Assembly: GCA_947503435.1 (NCBI GenBank)
Contig: CANNDL010000001.1
Span: forward strand, 83,469-147,468
Source of the DNA: an uncultured Kangiella sp.
GTDB taxonomy: Bacteria > Pseudomonadota > Gammaproteobacteria > Enterobacterales > Kangiellaceae
Length of the DNA stretch: 64,000 nucleotides
Direction of reading: 5' to 3'
The notes under the pieces are model-generated. The model was not told where the DNA came from. It made no database searches and worked only from the letters and a program-made list of their open reading frames with translations. The position numbers and the translations under genes were made by a program. Positions within the stretch are counted from its first letter, which is position 1. Every line of letters begins with the position of its first letter. Shown piece after piece: positions 60,603 through 64,000 of the stretch.

Positions 60603-61004
60603 CTAGTCTTTCTTTAGCAAGTCTCTAATTTCAGAAAGTAACTCTTCTTCTTTAGATGGCTTAGGTGGCTCAGCAGGAGCTTCCTCTTCTTTTTTCTTCA
60701 TAGAATTCATTGCTTTAACCATCATGAATATCGCAAAAGCGATGATAATGAAATCTAGAGCAGTTTGAATAAAGTTACCATAGTTTAATGTTACTGCAGG
60801 TGTGTCACCAGCTGCTTCTTGAACGGTGAATGCTAGATCTTTGAAATCGACACCACCTAGTAGCACACCTAGTGGTGGCATTAAAACATCATTCACAAAA
60901 GAACTAACGATTTTGCCGAATGCGCCGCCGATAATGATACCGATTGCCATATCCATCACGTTGCCTTTCATCGCAAATTCTTTAAATTCGCTCATCATAC
61001 CCAT
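60603..61004 (-). CDS. mscL: Large-conductance mechanosensitive channel
   Basis: [39 protein letters not shown]. Confidence 0.97.
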   Translation of the reverse strand: MGMMSEFKEFAMKGNVMDMAIGIIIGGAFGKIVSSFVNDVLMPPLGVLLGGVDFKDLAFTVQEAAGDTPAVTLNYGNFIQTALDFIIIAFAIFMMVKAMNSMKKKEEEAPAEPPKPSKEEELLSEIRDLLKKD

Positions 61005-61141
61005 GGTTTATCCCCTTAAAACTTTATAAGTTACTAGTTGTGTGGTTAATTGCAGCATAATAAATAGCATATTTAGTATATGAAGGGCAAATTAAGGCAA
61101 AAAAATGTGTTATTATTTGGTCGAATTACAAGGGGATACTA

Positions 61142-61609
61142 ATGAAAAACGGCCTAGAATGGATCGCTGAATATAGCGAAAGCCATCGCAATCCAACCAA
61201 TAAACTCTTACATTGGATTTGTGTACCTGCAATTATGTGGACGGTCATTGCATTAATTTGGTCTATTCCATTTCCTCAAGATTGGCAAATTCATCCTTGG
61301 CTAAATTGGGCTAGTCTATTTATGGCGGTTGCTATGGTTTTTTATGTTAGCTTTGGCTGGAAAATATTTAGCGCTATGTTGCTAATGGCAATAGTTATGC
61401 TTTGGTTCACAGAATGGTTAGCAGCATCAGTATCTATACCAATCTGGCAAATAGCATTGGCGGTATTTGTTATCGCTTGGGTAGGTCAGTTTATTGGCCA
61501 TCATATTGAAGGTAAGAAACCTTCGTTTTTTAAAGACGTACAATTTTTATTAGTCGGTCCTGCATGGGAAGTGAATTATTTTTTTCGTAAAATCGGCTTT
61601 ATTAAATAA
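61142..61609 (+). CDS. DUF962/Mpo1-like membrane protein
   Basis: YSESHRNPTNKLLHWICVP, WVGQFIGHHIEGKKPSFFKD. Confidence 0.88.
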   Translation: MKNGLEWIAEYSESHRNPTNKLLHWICVPAIMWTVIALIWSIPFPQDWQIHPWLNWASLFMAVAMVFYVSFGWKIFSAMLLMAIVMLWFTEWLAASVSIPIWQIALAVFVIAWVGQFIGHHIEGKKPSFFKDVQFLLVGPAWEVNYFFRKIGFIK

Positions 61610-61642
61610 ACAATTATAAATTTTCTTTTTGAGGGGAATTCA

Positions 61643-62950
61643 ATGGCAATTTCTGAAACTACTGAGAAAGTAGCTTTAATACAATCAGATGCCGTCGCTT
61701 TTGGCGTAATCATGGCAGTCTTAGGTTTAATATTTTTTACCTCAAGTCGTAAGCAAGGGTTTTGGCATAGCTTTTATAAGCACATTCCAGCGCTGTTGTT
61801 ATGTTATTTCGTTCCAGGCTTATTAAATACGTTAGGTTTTTTTGAAAAAGAATCTGCTGACAATATTTATTATATTGCCTCGCGCTTCTTGCTTCCTGCT
61901 AGTTTATTTTTACTAACCCTGAGTATCGACTTTGAGAAAATCATGGGGCTTGGCTGGCGAGCCGTTGCTATGTTCTTGGCCGGTACCTTTGGCGTTGTTG
62001 TAGGTGGTCCACTAGCCGTTTTATTGTTCGCATTTATTGCTCCTGAATGGGTCGGTATTACAGATGGTACAGTACCCAGAGGCGAAGAAATTTGGGCGGG
62101 ATTAGCTACTGTTGCCGGTAGCTGGATTGGTGGTGGCGCAAACCAAGCATCGATGCAGGTGCTTTATGATGTGAGTGATACTTTGTTTGGCACTATGGCG
62201 GTTATGGATGTTTTAGTAGCCGAAATTTGGATGGTGATTTTATTATTCTTAATTAAGAAATCTGATTCAGTAGATCGCTGGTTGAAAGCTGATAATTCAG
62301 CGATTGAAGAGCTTAAAGTCACGGTTGAGAAGTACACCAAAGAAAACGAACGTATTCCAAACTTGAACGACTTTATGATGATTTTAGGCTTGGGTTTTGC
62401 GATTGTGGCTCTAGGTCACATTATCGGCAACTTTGCACCAGGAATGATTTTAAATTCGGTTGAGGAAGGTGGCACTGCTCATACCATATTTAGCAATATT
62501 GGCTTTGGCAGCCATTTCTTCTGGATGATAATGACTGCGACTATTGCGGCATTAATTATGTCTCGCACCAAAGTCCGTGAAATGGATCATGCAGGATCTT
62601 CGAAAATTGGTTCGGTATTTATCTATGTACTAGTTGCTGCGATTGGTATGAAAATGGATCTAACTAAGATTTTAGAGCATTACCAAGTATTCTTTGTTGG
62701 TATTGTTTGGATGATTATTCACATAGTAATTTTATTTGCAGTGGCTAAAGCTATTCGTGCGCCGTATTTCTTTGTGGCGGTAGGTTCGAAAGCCAATATT
62801 GGTGGTGCTGCTTCAGCGCCGGTGGTGGCTTCAGCTTTCCACCCTTCACTAGCGCCAGTAGGTGTTTTATTAGCTATCTTAGGCTATGCATTAGGCTCCG
62901 TTGGAGCAATTGCTACCGCAGTAATGATGCGCGCGGTGGTTGGCGGCTAA
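61643..62950 (+). CDS. DUF819 family membrane protein
   Basis: GSWIGGGAN, SKANIGGAASAPVVA, multi-TM. Confidence 0.88.
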   Translation: MAISETTEKVALIQSDAVAFGVIMAVLGLIFFTSSRKQGFWHSFYKHIPALLLCYFVPGLLNTLGFFEKESADNIYYIASRFLLPASLFLLTLSIDFEKIMGLGWRAVAMFLAGTFGVVVGGPLAVLLFAFIAPEWVGITDGTVPRGEEIWAGLATVAGSWIGGGANQASMQVLYDVSDTLFGTMAVMDVLVAEIWMVILLFLIKKSDSVDRWLKADNSAIEELKVTVEKYTKENERIPNLNDFMMILGLGFAIVALGHIIGNFAPGMILNSVEEGGTAHTIFSNIGFGSHFFWMIMTATIAALIMSRTKVREMDHAGSSKIGSVFIYVLVAAIGMKMDLTKILEHYQVFFVGIVWMIIHIVILFAVAKAIRAPYFFVAVGSKANIGGAASAPVVASAFHPSLAPVGVLLAILGYALGSVGAIATAVMMRAVVGG

Positions 62951-62966
62951 AGCTTAATCCAAAACT

Positions 62967-62993
62967 AAAAAGCGGCTTTTGCCGCTTTTTTTT
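62967..62993 (+). terminator. Intrinsic terminator
   Basis: AAAAA-GCGGC-TTTT-GCCGC followed by a T run. Confidence 0.85.
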
Positions 62994-63033
62994 ATGTACA
63001 ATATGCCCTTTATAGTTACAGAAAGATAATTCT

Positions 63034-63441
63034 ATGTATCGCGCTAGCTGCTTATGTGGGCAAGTTAAATTAATCATTAATGGACCGATAACCAATATTA
63101 TCCATTGTCATTGCTCATTATGCCGAAAATCTAGCGGTACTGCTTTCGCTACTAATGGTTTTGTCCAATCTATCGATTTGGTCATCCTTGAAGGTGAAAG
63201 CTCGATTAAATTCTATGAAGTGAAAGCAGGAAAAAAACGCCATTTCTGTGACAGTTGCGCCTCACCTTTATTTAGTTCTAATGATTCAGATCCAAGTCGA
63301 GTACGTTTACGACTTGGAGTATTGGATTCAGCCATTACAGAGCGTCCCATATCGCATAATTTTGTAAGTTCGAAAGCTGACTGGGATAGCCTTAATATTG
63401 AACTACCCCATTATGATTCCTATGAACCGAGTCGCTCTTAA
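63034..63441 (+). CDS. GFA/CENP-V family zinc-binding protein
   Basis: SCLCG, HCHCSLCRK, RHFCDSCASPL. Confidence 0.9.
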   Translation: MYRASCLCGQVKLIINGPITNIIHCHCSLCRKSSGTAFATNGFVQSIDLVILEGESSIKFYEVKAGKKRHFCDSCASPLFSSNDSDPSRVRLRLGVLDSAITERPISHNFVSSKADWDSLNIELPHYDSYEPSRS

Positions 63442-64000
63442 GGTTGAGGTAAAAAATTTTCTGCAAGCATACAGCGAGCACTGCCGCCACCGACGGTTTC
63501 TATCGTATCAATAGGGCAGGGCACTAATTTACCGTGTAGTTTCAATAGATTCTTTTGCTCTTTGCTAAATCCGTGATAGGCGCTGTCAGACATCACAATG
63601 ATTAGTTCACCGCGGCCACTCCTTAATTGAAGAATATTGGCGCAAAAATTCTTTTCAGTTTGCTCTAGACTGAGTTCAATGATTTGTTTGTAGCTCTTTT
63701 TTAGGCTTTCAATGATTCTTTCACGATCTGCTTCAACAATGGCATCGGTGCAAATAACGGCAAATCCTTCACCGATACTAAGCATCACATTGGTATGATA
63801 GAACGGTTTACCATTGGAGCTTTGAGTTGAAAAGGAAATTGCTTGGTAGCCATTGCTTTCGCAAAATTGCTCAAATAAAATTTTATCGCAGCGCTCAGAA
63901 ATAGCAGCGTATGCAATTCGATTACTGTGATCAAATATAATCGAACCAGTGCCTTCTAATGCTTTGTTTTGCTTGGTTAGGCTTTGTTCAGAGTTAACTT
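63438..64000 (-). CDS. Amidinotransferase-fold citrulline utilisation hydrolase CtlX-like (C-terminal part; runs off the right edge)
   Basis: The frame stays open to the window end: LEGTGSIIFDH...YHTNVMLSIG...IETVGGGSARCMLAENF. Confidence 0.85.
   Translation of the reverse strand, partial: VNSEQSLTKQNKALEGTGSIIFDHSNRIAYAAISERCDKILFEQFCESNGYQAISFSTQSSNGKPFYHTNVMLSIGEGFAVICTDAIVEADRERIIESLKKSYKQIIELSLEQTEKNFCANILQLRSGRGELIIVMSDSAYHGFSKEQKNLLKLHGKLVPCPIDTIETVGGGSARCMLAENFLPQP

Noticed and set aside
1-64000. tRNA, rRNA, IS elements, integrases, prophage, CRISPR-Cas
   Set aside because: Nearly all sequence is accounted for by protein-coding genes, and no such signatures were seen in the short intergenic gaps

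Overview
Gene-dense chromosomal window from an AT-rich, probably marine gammaproteobacterium (a Kangiellaceae/Alteromonadales-like gene set; this is inference). No rRNA, tRNA, CRISPR array, transposase or integrase was seen. Housekeeping content: biotin genes bioB-F-H-C/bioD with a BirA operator, dgkA, orphan dam, class II DAHP synthase, radA, ettA, uvrA/ssb, an RND efflux system, and a complete phosphate locus (porin, pstC-A-B-phoU-phoB-phoR-pstS) with clear Pho-box promoters, plus mscL. The strongest accessory signal is a three-gene split-borosin RiPP cluster at 28397-31189: a SonA-like precursor, a membrane TPR-GGDEF diguanylate cyclase and a SonM-like peptide backbone alpha-N-methyltransferase. 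The class is known from Shewanella, but the gene order, the core peptide and the nested receptor-like cyclase suggest an N-methylated-peptide/c-di-GMP signalling module. A second new element is an unannotated 26-aa membrane microprotein (34056-34136) behind a Pho-box promoter with the same geometry as the pst promoters. Other items worth checking: a CadC-like wHTH/beta-propeller receptor with an orphan divergent transcript, a substrate-binding-domain-TolC fusion, a TrmB-like enzyme with substituted catalytic aspartates, and a halogenase-hydrolase-MATE gene run. All family assignments come from motif recognition by eye; no database searches were run.
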